Virus record (IMG/VR): IMGVR_UViG_3300028552_000008
Length of the DNA stretch: 20,000 nucleotides
DNA from: an uncultured virus (IMG/VR IMGVR_UViG_3300028552_000008)
Lineage: Duplodnaviria > Heunggongvirae > Uroviricota > Caudoviricetes
Direction: 5' to 3' (one strand)
Of this stretch, positions 8,469-15,975 are shown piece after piece. The notes under the pieces were generated by a model. That model did no database searches, was not told where the DNA came from, and was given only the letters and a program-made list of their open reading frames with translations. The position numbers and the translations under genes were made by a program. The number at the start of each line of letters is the position of its first letter. The stretch's first letter is position 1.

Positions 8469-8792
8469 ATGACAATAACAAAAAGAGCTGATAGATGGTA
8501 TGACGAACGAGGTAATAGTTGGTTATCAGAAGAATTAGCTACTTTATACTCACCTACCTTAACTAATTGTAGTTATTGTGATGATTGTAGTAATTGTAGA
8601 AATTGTAGTAGTTGTAGTAATTGTAGTAGTTGTAGAGATTGTATTAGTTGTTATGATTGTAACGATTGTAAATATGTCTGTTGCCTGACAGACAGAACAA
8701 GATTTACTGCTCAATTCGAACCTGCTACAGAAGATACTATAATAAGACCTGAACTTGACATTAATAATAGAAGACTTGAAATTGAACTATGA
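8469..8792 (+). CDS. Cys-x-x repeat protein, paralog 4 (12 Cxx units), tag NRRLEIEL
   Basis: Head RWYDERGNSW...SPTLTNC. Confidence 0.85.
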   Translation: MTITKRADRWYDERGNSWLSEELATLYSPTLTNCSYCDDCSNCRNCSSCSNCSSCRDCISCYDCNDCKYVCCLTDRTRFTAQFEPATEDTIIRPELDINNRRLEIEL

Positions 8793-9055
8793 ATGAATTT
8801 AATATAGGTGACATTATTTCTGTAACATTTACTTTTTCTGGTAATCAAGCTATTGGTGTTGTAATTGACGATGATAATTTTATGATCACGTCTTATACTA
8901 AAGTACTTAAACCAGACTATGTAGTTAAAGGTTTATCAGACCGTGAACCTCTTTATGGATGTAATATAAGGAATATTCAACTAGTATCACGGAGTATTAG
9001 ACAAGAAGTTAGACAAGAAGACCCATTTTCCCGTAACCTAGACCCATATCTATGA
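8789..9055 (+). CDS. SH3/KOW-like small protein, tag SRNLDPYL
   Basis: FNIGDIISVTFTFSGNQAIGVV. Confidence 0.75.
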   Translation: MNEFNIGDIISVTFTFSGNQAIGVVIDDDNFMITSYTKVLKPDYVVKGLSDREPLYGCNIRNIQLVSRSIRQEVRQEDPFSRNLDPYL

Positions 9056-9501
9056 ATGAAGAATACCTTAAACTAGTTAAAGAACTGCAAACTACAGTAA
9101 AAATTGAATTGGACAAAGCTCCACTAAAAGATAATTACTCCCCAAACTATCCTGAAGCATCTGTTAATACCTTGGCAGTTAATATAGGTATTATTATAGA
9201 TGATAGATTTAGTGTTAATGACTTATCCAATACTAACACTATAAACCCTCCTATTAAGCTCTATTGGCTCCAGGTCACGTCCTATAATGATTTTGAAGTC
9301 TTCCTGTCTACTAGAGGTATTCCAGCCTATATCTCATTTGACGGTGATCTAGGCCCTAAAGTAAAGGATGGTGAGGATTGCGCCAAACTACTTGTAAAGG
9401 TATGTAAGGCCAATAAGTTGAAAGAACTACCTCAATACGAATGTCACTCCCCTACCCTCTCTAAGAAACAGAAGATAGAAGAGATACTATTAAACTATTG
9501 A
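9052..9501 (+). CDS. Cyclic-phosphate-processing receiver (REC)-like domain protein
   Basis: IIIDD...W..VTSYNDF...ISFDGDLG...DGEDCAKLLV...CHS resembles the ISFDHDLG...TGYD...HS family signature, with His replaced by Gly. Confidence 0.65.
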   Translation: MNEEYLKLVKELQTTVKIELDKAPLKDNYSPNYPEASVNTLAVNIGIIIDDRFSVNDLSNTNTINPPIKLYWLQVTSYNDFEVFLSTRGIPAYISFDGDLGPKVKDGEDCAKLLVKVCKANKLKELPQYECHSPTLSKKQKIEEILLNY

Positions 9502-9504
9502 TTA

Positions 9505-9804
9505 ATGAGAACAGAGCTTGAATGTAATAAGAGAGACTTGGAGGATCATCTATTATCAGAAGCTATTGAAAGCTTTAGTAATATTCTCTCTAATAATGGT
9601 TGTAATGATCTTTATATACCGAATACTGAGGAAGCTAGGCTACTTTGGGATGAATATCAAGCTTGGAACCTCAAAACTCCTTTAACCGAGCTTAAAGGAC
9701 ATGTAGATTACTGGCCACCCTACGTCGATTCCAAGAATAGGTTAGTAGTATATGATTCTTTATTCATATACTTATTGCGAAAACGTACAGGTTTGCTAGA
9801 TTAG
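9505..9804 (+). CDS. Hypothetical protein
   Basis: 99-aa ORF. Confidence 0.7.
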   Translation: MRTELECNKRDLEDHLLSEAIESFSNILSNNGCNDLYIPNTEEARLLWDEYQAWNLKTPLTELKGHVDYWPPYVDSKNRLVVYDSLFIYLLRKRTGLLD

Positions 9805-9811
9805 ACTTTAT

Positions 9812-9900
9812 GCCTATGTGGTGGAATTGCTAGACACCCGGGAATTAAGATCCCGTGACCTTCAAAAGTCGTGCAGGTTGAAGTCCTGCCATGGGCACCA
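9812..9900 (+). tRNA. tRNA-Leu (anticodon TAA), class II
   Basis: Acceptor GCCTATG/CATGGGC, anticodon arm CGGGA-ATTAAGA-TCCCG, long variable arm, T arm GCAGG-TTGAAGT-CCTGC, ACCA end. Confidence 0.9.
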
Positions 9901-9914
9901 ATTTAAATAACATT

Positions 9915-10112
9915 ATGGCTCAATTAATAATAAAGAATATTACCATGAATCAAGCCAAAGTATTAGCTAGTTACTACCAAAGACAAGGGGAACAACACGC
10001 TGAAGTATGGTTTGAAGACAGAAACGAAGAAACACCAATAGTAGATGTATCAAAATGTCCTTGGTTAATAGTAGATGAAAAAGAAGAAACTGTAACTATT
10101 ATTTGTAAATGA
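9915..10112 (+). CDS. Hypothetical protein
   Basis: The ORF-track start at 9891 lies inside the tRNA; ATG at 9915 used instead. Confidence 0.7.
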   Translation: MAQLIIKNITMNQAKVLASYYQRQGEQHAEVWFEDRNEETPIVDVSKCPWLIVDEKEETVTIICK

Positions 10113-10441
10113 AACTAACAAAACGAGAAAATGATAGATTCTATGATGAAAACAATAATAGTTGGATAACAGAACAACTAGCTACTGTATATTCACCTAC
10201 GCTGATTAATTGTAGATATTGTAGTGATTGTAGTAATTGTAGTAATTGTAGTAGTTGTATTAGTTGTTATATATGTGTTAATTGTAGTAATTGTAGTGAG
10301 TGTTATAGATGTAGAGATTGTATTAGTTTGTATAGACATTACAACGAAGAAAAATTAAAACCTCAGAAGTATGACACTGAAGATACTATAATAAGACCTG
10401 AACTTGACATTAATAATAGAAGACTTGAAATTGAACTATGA
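10109..10441 (+). CDS. Cys-x-x repeat protein, paralog 5 (13 Cxx units), tag NRRLEIEL
   Basis: Head RFYDENNNSW...SPTLINC. Confidence 0.85.
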   Translation: MKLTKRENDRFYDENNNSWITEQLATVYSPTLINCRYCSDCSNCSNCSSCISCYICVNCSNCSECYRCRDCISLYRHYNEEKLKPQKYDTEDTIIRPELDINNRRLEIEL

Positions 10442-11418
10442 CCACCAATAATTTAGAAGAATTTGGTACTAAACTACCAGAACATACAGCTAAATCTAAT
10501 CAGATTATGATACCTGATGCTATCCTTTATGCTGCACCAGAAGAAATCAATGTAGCTAATGGATCAGCTCAAACTCCTACTCAATGGACGGAGCCAGTTT
10601 CAGGAATGTTTTTATCCACACCTGAAACAATTAAGAAGTTACCGTCTAATGTATATAAGTATGTAGCTTATTCAGATAATAAATGGGGTTTTCTGAAAGT
10701 TAATATCAATGTTGACGAACTACTATTACTACCTGATAGTACTTCAGATCTAGTACTTCAAGAGATTCAAACCTTTCTAGACAATGCGGAAACCTTTAAA
10801 TACTATGATGTATTGCATAGAAGAGGGTTCTTATTCTATGGTCCAGCAGGTTCAGGCAAGACTTGCTTAGTACAACAAATCATTAAGAAGGTGATTGACC
10901 AGAATGGAGTGATTTTGCTTTGTGATAACCCACAAGCTATCGAACTAGGTTTAAGAGACCTTAGAGCAGTTGAGCCAGATAGATTCATAGTTTGTCTATT
11001 CGAAGATATTGATGCCTTGATTCAGAGATATGGAGAGAAGGAGATTCTTGCTATATTAGATGGTGAAAGTCAAATCAACAAAGTCTTGAATATAGGAACA
11101 ACTAATTACCCTGAAGTATTGGATAGGAGAATCATTAGACCTCGTAGATTTGATATGGTGATTAAGATTGACTGGCCTAGTGAAGCAGTTAGACGACATT
11201 ATTTTAAGAATAAGCTTAAGATTGATGACAAAGAACTGGGTAAGTGGGTTAACGCCACGGATAAGTTCTCCTTCGCTGCTTGTGCTGAGTTGATGATTAG
11301 TGTTAAATGTCTGGGTAAGGATTTTGAGAAAGCAGTGGAACATTTACGTGAATTAATGAAACATAAACCAGATAGCCGGGATTTTAACAGCCCTGCAGAC
11401 TTTAATATAGGACATTAG
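10438..11418 (+). CDS. AAA+ ATPase (classic clade, single AAA domain)
   Basis: Walker A GPAGSGKT, Walker B LFEDID, second region of homology TTNYPEVLDRRIIRPRRFD. Confidence 0.9.
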   Translation: MTTNNLEEFGTKLPEHTAKSNQIMIPDAILYAAPEEINVANGSAQTPTQWTEPVSGMFLSTPETIKKLPSNVYKYVAYSDNKWGFLKVNINVDELLLLPDSTSDLVLQEIQTFLDNAETFKYYDVLHRRGFLFYGPAGSGKTCLVQQIIKKVIDQNGVILLCDNPQAIELGLRDLRAVEPDRFIVCLFEDIDALIQRYGEKEILAILDGESQINKVLNIGTTNYPEVLDRRIIRPRRFDMVIKIDWPSEAVRRHYFKNKLKIDDKELGKWVNATDKFSFAACAELMISVKCLGKDFEKAVEHLRELMKHKPDSRDFNSPADFNIGH

Positions 11419-11425
11419 TTTTAAA

Positions 11426-11514
11426 GGATAGTTAACTAGTAAAGTTACTAGAACAGTTTACTAAACTGATTGCTCCTTAACTGGAGTGGGGAGCATTACC
11501 TCAGCTATCCTCCA
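11426..11514 (+). tRNA. Non-canonical tRNA-Ser (anticodon ACT)
   Basis: Acceptor GGATAGT/GCTATCC plus T-CCA, D stem CTAG/CTAG, anticodon arm CAGT-TTACTAA-ACTG, long variable arm CTCC/GGAG, T arm TGGGG-AGCATTA-CCTCA. Confidence 0.78.
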
Positions 11515-11522
11515 ATTTACTT

Positions 11523-11990
11523 ATGAAACTAACAAAAAGATATAATAGATGGTATGACGAAAATTATAATAGTTGGGATACTGAAGAATCAGCTACTCAA
11601 TACTCACCTACCCTAACTAATTGTAGTAGGTGTAGTGATTGTAGATATTGTAGTCTTTGTAATTATTGTAGTAATTGTAGTAATTGTAATGATTGTATTA
11701 CTTGTATTAATTGTAGTGATTGTACTCGTTGTATTAATTGTAGAGGTTGTATTTGTTGTAATCAGTGTATAAGTTGTAGTGATTGTAGTAATTGTAGTAG
11801 GTGTACTAGTTGTAATCGTTGTAGCGGTTGTAGCGGTTGTAGTGATTGTACTCGTTGTATTGATTGTAGTTGGTGTAGTTTACTTATAGATAGAATAAGA
11901 TTTTTCCCACAAACTGGCCCTGACAACTCGGAACTAATAACTAGAAAAGAAATAGCATTAACAGATCGAAATCTGGAACCATTTTTATGA
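11523..11990 (+). CDS. Cys-x-x repeat protein, paralog 6 (29 Cxx units), tag DRNLEPFL
   Basis: Head RWYDENYNSW...SPTLTNC. Confidence 0.85.
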   Translation: MKLTKRYNRWYDENYNSWDTEESATQYSPTLTNCSRCSDCRYCSLCNYCSNCSNCNDCITCINCSDCTRCINCRGCICCNQCISCSDCSNCSRCTSCNRCSGCSGCSDCTRCIDCSWCSLLIDRIRFFPQTGPDNSELITRKEIALTDRNLEPFL

Positions 11991-12316
11991 AAATAAAACC
12001 AGGCTTTGAAGAAGAATTTGAAGTAGCCAAGACTTTAATACATAAACATACTGATGCTATAATCAAATATGTTAATGATTGGAGTTTGGCGATGGAGAAC
12101 TGTATAGCTGAAGGTCAATCATTAAAAGATATAGCCATGCCTTTAAGTGAACAGATTTCTATTATAGATAGCAGGCCTGACCATGTTAAAGTTATGGCCG
12201 CTATACTATTAATGAACTGTTGGATTTATGGGGATGAGTTGACTGAGATATTTCATCCTAGCCACCTTAACTTTGAGCTGGAACTGCTAAAACAATTAAA
12301 GTTTGCTAATTACTAG
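11987..12316 (+). CDS. Hypothetical protein
   Basis: 109-aa ORF with ATGA overlap. Confidence 0.7.
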   Translation: MKIKPGFEEEFEVAKTLIHKHTDAIIKYVNDWSLAMENCIAEGQSLKDIAMPLSEQISIIDSRPDHVKVMAAILLMNCWIYGDELTEIFHPSHLNFELELLKQLKFANY

Positions 12317-12319
12317 AAT

Positions 12320-12395
12320 GAGGGTGTAGTGAAATAGCATATAATAACTCTTTCCTAAAGAGTAGTTACAGGTTGAAATCCTGTCATCCTTACCA
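12320..12395 (+). tRNA. tRNA-Arg (anticodon CCT), weak D arm
   Basis: Acceptor GAGGGTG/CATCCTT, anticodon arm ACTCT-TTCCTAA-AGAGT, T arm ACAGG-TTGAAAT-CCTGT, ACCA end. Confidence 0.82.
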
Positions 12396-12404
12396 AATTA
12401 AACC

Positions 12405-12497
12405 ATGAAACTAGACGATCAAACAAAAGACAACATTATTGAAATCTTATGGGCAGTATTCTTTGTATTATTGCTCTTAAAGATATTCATATTTTAA
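12405..12497 (+). CDS. 30-aa putative membrane peptide (not in ORF track)
   Basis: MKLDDQTKDNIIEILWAVFFVLLLLKIFIF. Confidence 0.55.
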   Translation: MKLDDQTKDNIIEILWAVFFVLLLLKIFIF

Positions 12498-12501
12498 CTT
12501 T

Positions 12502-12645
12502 ATGAAACTGCAAAAAATACTAGAAGCCTGTTTATGGATAACTCTTATTATCTTCATAAGTGCTATAGCGGCTCTTACACATCACTTTTTACTAACTATT
12601 CTGTTTTCGATTTTTTGTTTACTCTTTATTGGTTATAAAACTTGA
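12502..12645 (+). CDS. 47-aa putative membrane protein (not in ORF track)
   Basis: MKLQKILEACLWITLIIFISAIAALTHHFLLTILFSIFCLLFIGYKT. Confidence 0.6.
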   Translation: MKLQKILEACLWITLIIFISAIAALTHHFLLTILFSIFCLLFIGYKT

Positions 12646-12709
12646 AAATATCATTATCATTGTTGTATATAATAACACTATTCACAAAAACCTTGAATTT
12701 ACAAACTAA

Positions 12710-12874
12710 ATGAAACCAGACAAAAAGAAGAAAGACCTTTTAATGCTACTATGCGTTATTGGTGGGATGAGCTTGTTTGCAGGCATGACACATACCCCAA
12801 TACTATTAGTAGCAATTCCGGTTTACCTTTATCTCTATCTAGACGACCTTGATAAAGATATCAATGAAGATTAA
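12710..12874 (+). CDS. 54-aa putative membrane protein (not in ORF track)
   Basis: MKPDKKKKDLLMLLCVIGGMSLFAGMTHTPILLVAIPVYLYLYLDDLDKDINED. Confidence 0.6.
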   Translation: MKPDKKKKDLLMLLCVIGGMSLFAGMTHTPILLVAIPVYLYLYLDDLDKDINED

Positions 12875-12880
12875 CACAAA

Positions 12881-13465
12881 ATGAACAATAAACTAACTGT
12901 ATTTTTAGACTTGGATGGCACTATTGTAGACTGGTTGGATAAGATGAGAAAAGAATGTAAATTACCAATCAGTGCATTTACTCAATTTTATGAGAATCCA
13001 GACTCTCTAACTGAGGAAGCAATTACTGAATTATTTGGAGGAGAAAATAAATTTCGCAAACTAATGTATAACAGAAGTGCTAAATTCTGGTATACTCTTG
13101 ATAGCTTTTGGTGGATGGAATATCTGATAGTCCAGTTAAAAAATAACTTTAATGAAGTTGCCTTCTTTACTAGCCCTGGAGATAACCCTGAAGCTGGGAA
13201 GGGTAAGATTTTATGGCAACAAAAGCATTATCCAGAGATTCCTCTTATTATGGGGAAACACAAGCATTTATGTGCTGGTCCTAATAAAGTATTAATAGAT
13301 GATAACTATAGGAAGATTGGTAGGTTTATTGAATATGGAGGTTATGGCATTCTTTGGCCTAATCAGTTTCATGTAGCTAAGTTTAATGCCGGTAGAACGT
13401 ACTCACTTATTTCTGATATAGTAGCTGAAATTCTAGCTTACCAGAAATACCATACCTTGATTTAA
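12881..13465 (+). CDS. HAD-superfamily 5'(3')-deoxyribonucleotidase-like protein
   Basis: Motif I FLDLDGTIVDW, motif II FFTSP, motif III K, motif IV LIDDN. Confidence 0.85.
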   Translation: MNNKLTVFLDLDGTIVDWLDKMRKECKLPISAFTQFYENPDSLTEEAITELFGGENKFRKLMYNRSAKFWYTLDSFWWMEYLIVQLKNNFNEVAFFTSPGDNPEAGKGKILWQQKHYPEIPLIMGKHKHLCAGPNKVLIDDNYRKIGRFIEYGGYGILWPNQFHVAKFNAGRTYSLISDIVAEILAYQKYHTLI

Positions 13466-13466
13466 T

Positions 13467-14138
13467 ATGTCTGACCTCATTTTTAGTCGTGAAGTGCTTA
13501 AGTTGAATAAAAATCATTTACCTATAGGATTCTTCACGCCTAAAGATGTATTTACAGCTTTGGCTAATTATATGGTTGATAGAAGACAGAACTATATACT
13601 GGATGTTAAAGGTAATAAAATGCGCAAGATGCTGGCTTATGATATTACTTATGAACAGATAGATGATGACCTATACGACTTCTCCAAACTTCTTAATATG
13701 CGGGTAGTTGACTGGGATGAATGGATAACCTTGCCAGTAAGGAGTTATGATCTATTCGTACATACCCCTAACCTTGTAGTAAGAGTGCCTAGAGTAGTTG
13801 TAAGTCTGGCTTGTGAAGAAATGCCTAAAGTTCGATATAATACTAGCTTAAAATCTGTTTATAACCTGTATGAAGGTATTTGTCAGATAAGTAAGAAAAG
13901 ATTAACAATGAAGGAGGCTAGTCGTGATCATGTAATACCTGTCTCTAAAGGTGGCGAAAATAAGCTAAATAACATCATCTTGGTCGATAGATGTATTAAT
14001 AGCAGAATGGGTAATAAGTATAAACATGAGTTAGGATTGCCAGAGATTAAACCTAAAACCCCTAAAACCATGCCGGTAAAAGATACATTAAGAAATATTA
14101 AAGGTGTTCCGGAATGGGAATACTGGTTAAAAAGATGA
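13467..14138 (+). CDS. HNH endonuclease (McrA-like)
   Basis: N-terminal VLKLN..H.P, VPRVV, and SRDHVIPVSKGGENKLNNI...INSRMGN. Confidence 0.85.
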   Translation: MSDLIFSREVLKLNKNHLPIGFFTPKDVFTALANYMVDRRQNYILDVKGNKMRKMLAYDITYEQIDDDLYDFSKLLNMRVVDWDEWITLPVRSYDLFVHTPNLVVRVPRVVVSLACEEMPKVRYNTSLKSVYNLYEGICQISKKRLTMKEASRDHVIPVSKGGENKLNNIILVDRCINSRMGNKYKHELGLPEIKPKTPKTMPVKDTLRNIKGVPEWEYWLKR

Positions 14139-14512
14139 GTACTATATTAAAGAGTGAATATCTTTATAATGATAATGATAATCATGATAAAGTATATAAT
14201 GTGACGCTAAAAGAAGTGGAAGGACAAATCACAACAGGTACAGTTATTGATTTTGTAGTTACTGCCGAATATGGTAGGAGAGGTTCGGTTTTAAAGACCA
14301 TAACTAAATATGATGGCATTAGCTATGGTAAAGCTAAAGAAATTTATACATCTTTAATAGCAGAAAAAATAGCCAAAGGTTACAATAAAGGACCTAAAAG
14401 AAAGAAGGTCAAATCCGAACCTGAATTGAAACCTAAACTGAAACCAAAGAAGTTGGAAACCCAGGAGCTAAACGATGTACCTTTTAGAAGATTAGACTTT
14501 GGTGACTTATGA
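14135..14512 (+). CDS. WGR-domain protein with tag variant FRRLDFGDL
   Basis: DKVY...AEYGRRGS...EKIAKGY; ATG at 14135 overlaps the HNH stop. Confidence 0.75.
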   Translation: MSTILKSEYLYNDNDNHDKVYNVTLKEVEGQITTGTVIDFVVTAEYGRRGSVLKTITKYDGISYGKAKEIYTSLIAEKIAKGYNKGPKRKKVKSEPELKPKLKPKKLETQELNDVPFRRLDFGDL

Positions 14513-15015
14513 ATAACAACCTTACTCTTTTTAGTTATGTTGATAATACTACTTTAACTTTGGCTCAAGGTAGGTTAATTAGTAGTTTTGCCAGACATTT
14601 TGGGTATCCTAATAAAGTTATGAGAGGATTGATAGATATGGATAGGGCGGTACAGGAAAGACTTATTCACTTTGATTTGCCAAATTACGTTATTAGAGAT
14701 ACCTATTATGTAGTTAATGTTAAATTATCCATTAATAAGCTGTTTTCTGAGAAGTCTTTCTATAAAAGCGATCTGTATTGCCAGTATACCTTAAAAGCCT
14801 CAGACCCGGCTAAAACAGATTCGGTATTGGTTGTTTCCAGCCCAGATCTTTATATAGTTGTTCCTTATGATATTATAGTTAATGGTAAAACAGCTTTGGA
14901 TCTTTATGGAGGGGGTATATTTTTGAATTATGAAGGCTGTACTGGTCAGGTTCTTATACCTATTAAGCACTATTTAGATGGTAAGTTCCCAGACCCCTCC
15001 CCTCCCTCAGAATAA
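14509..15015 (+). CDS. Hypothetical protein
   Basis: 168-aa ORF with ATGA overlap. Confidence 0.7.
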   Translation: MNNNLTLFSYVDNTTLTLAQGRLISSFARHFGYPNKVMRGLIDMDRAVQERLIHFDLPNYVIRDTYYVVNVKLSINKLFSEKSFYKSDLYCQYTLKASDPAKTDSVLVVSSPDLYIVVPYDIIVNGKTALDLYGGGIFLNYEGCTGQVLIPIKHYLDGKFPDPSPPSE

Positions 15016-15176
15016 TGGTTTTTTTAGGTATAATAATCTGAATAGGAGTTTTTTGACTTGCAGATTCATTTTTAGTACCTAACAAGTACTGGTTTATCTT
15101 CAAATCATTAAACATGCCTGATAGACAAATTAGACAAACCAAACAAATTGGCCCAAAAGAGAAACGCTTCATATGA
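15015..15176 (+). pseudogene. Small membrane-protein frame interrupted by two in-frame TGA codons
   Basis: MVFLGIII*IGVF*LADSFLVPNKYWFIFKSLNMPDRQIRQTKQIGPKEKRFI*; TAATG overlap at the start and ATGA overlap at the end. Confidence 0.4.
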
Positions 15177-15820
15177 AATCTATATTTAAAACAAAAATCG
15201 AACCAACCCTCAAAATTGTCTCTTTCAGAGAGTTTGCTACTGAGGTTGTTCCAGCTATTATAAGGGAACAGCCTTCTTTCAAGTTCACTGATGGTTGGTG
15301 TTTAGGTGAAATTGAAAGAATCACATTGGATCGAGGAATTGATACGTTAATGGGTGGTGGAGATAATAACTATCATTATACTGAACTTGATCCTGATACC
15401 AAAGTGCATATTACTACTACAGGCTTTCGTGTATCTCAAGATAAGTTACAATTCATCCTTGTTCTTCCTACAAAAGCTCTTGGAAACTTTAGAACCCTCG
15501 CTGAATTGGCAGCATATCAGAAGGAAAACAGATTTCACATGTTGATTGATTGTAAGTTTAATGAGTCTGGAGATATGGCTTGGATTTTTGAAAAGACTAA
15601 GAAAGGCATTATTACTCATGTGTTAACTGCTTTTGAAGACTTTGACACTGATCCTACTGTAAATCTTAACAAACAACCAGTTCATTTTTTACGTTCTGGC
15701 AGTATCCAAATCGACTTGCAACTGAGTCAGCTAGATCAATATACATCCGGAGAAGGAATCTTCACATTTATGTCACCTCCTTCTTGGAATGCCTGGGAAG
15801 GAATCTTTAAACGGCTCTGA
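15173..15820 (+). CDS. Hypothetical protein
   Basis: 215-aa ORF. Confidence 0.75.
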   Translation: MKSIFKTKIEPTLKIVSFREFATEVVPAIIREQPSFKFTDGWCLGEIERITLDRGIDTLMGGGDNNYHYTELDPDTKVHITTTGFRVSQDKLQFILVLPTKALGNFRTLAELAAYQKENRFHMLIDCKFNESGDMAWIFEKTKKGIITHVLTAFEDFDTDPTVNLNKQPVHFLRSGSIQIDLQLSQLDQYTSGEGIFTFMSPPSWNAWEGIFKRL

Positions 15821-15975
15821 GATTAAGTTTTCTGAAAAGTCAAATTTGGTGGGGAAACATACTAATACTGAATAAAGTGTGAGCTTTGAGTAAGCTCTTC
15901 AGTGTTGGTGCTAGGTAGGTGATTGGTTGTTTGTTAGGAATTTTCCAATCACCTACCTTTAATATTTTTAGCTTT

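Larger units (their letters stand above)
8730..10441 (+). repeat. 63-bp identical direct repeat (8730-8792 and 10379-10441) encoding EDTIIRPELDINNRRLEIEL-stop
   Basis: Identical sequence read at both positions. Confidence 0.9.

Noticed and set aside
11120..11160. DRRII/RPRRFD in the AAA+ ATPase as an internal copy of the tag
   Set aside because: This is the standard second region of homology (arginine finger) of AAA+ proteins and is not terminal.
3320..11880. TGTAGT-rich repeats and 52-92 bp direct repeats as a CRISPR array
   Set aside because: There is no constant repeat with unique, regularly sized spacers and no cas gene. The repeats are coding and in frame.
3224..11990. Diversity-generating retroelement acting on the Cys-repeat paralogs
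   Set aside because: No reverse transcriptase in the window and no non-coding template repeat. Paralog differences include unit-number changes and non-adenine substitutions.
13467..14138. HNH gene as an intron-encoded or mobile homing element
   Set aside because: It is free-standing and coupled to its neighbours, with no interrupted host gene or flanking intron structure seen.
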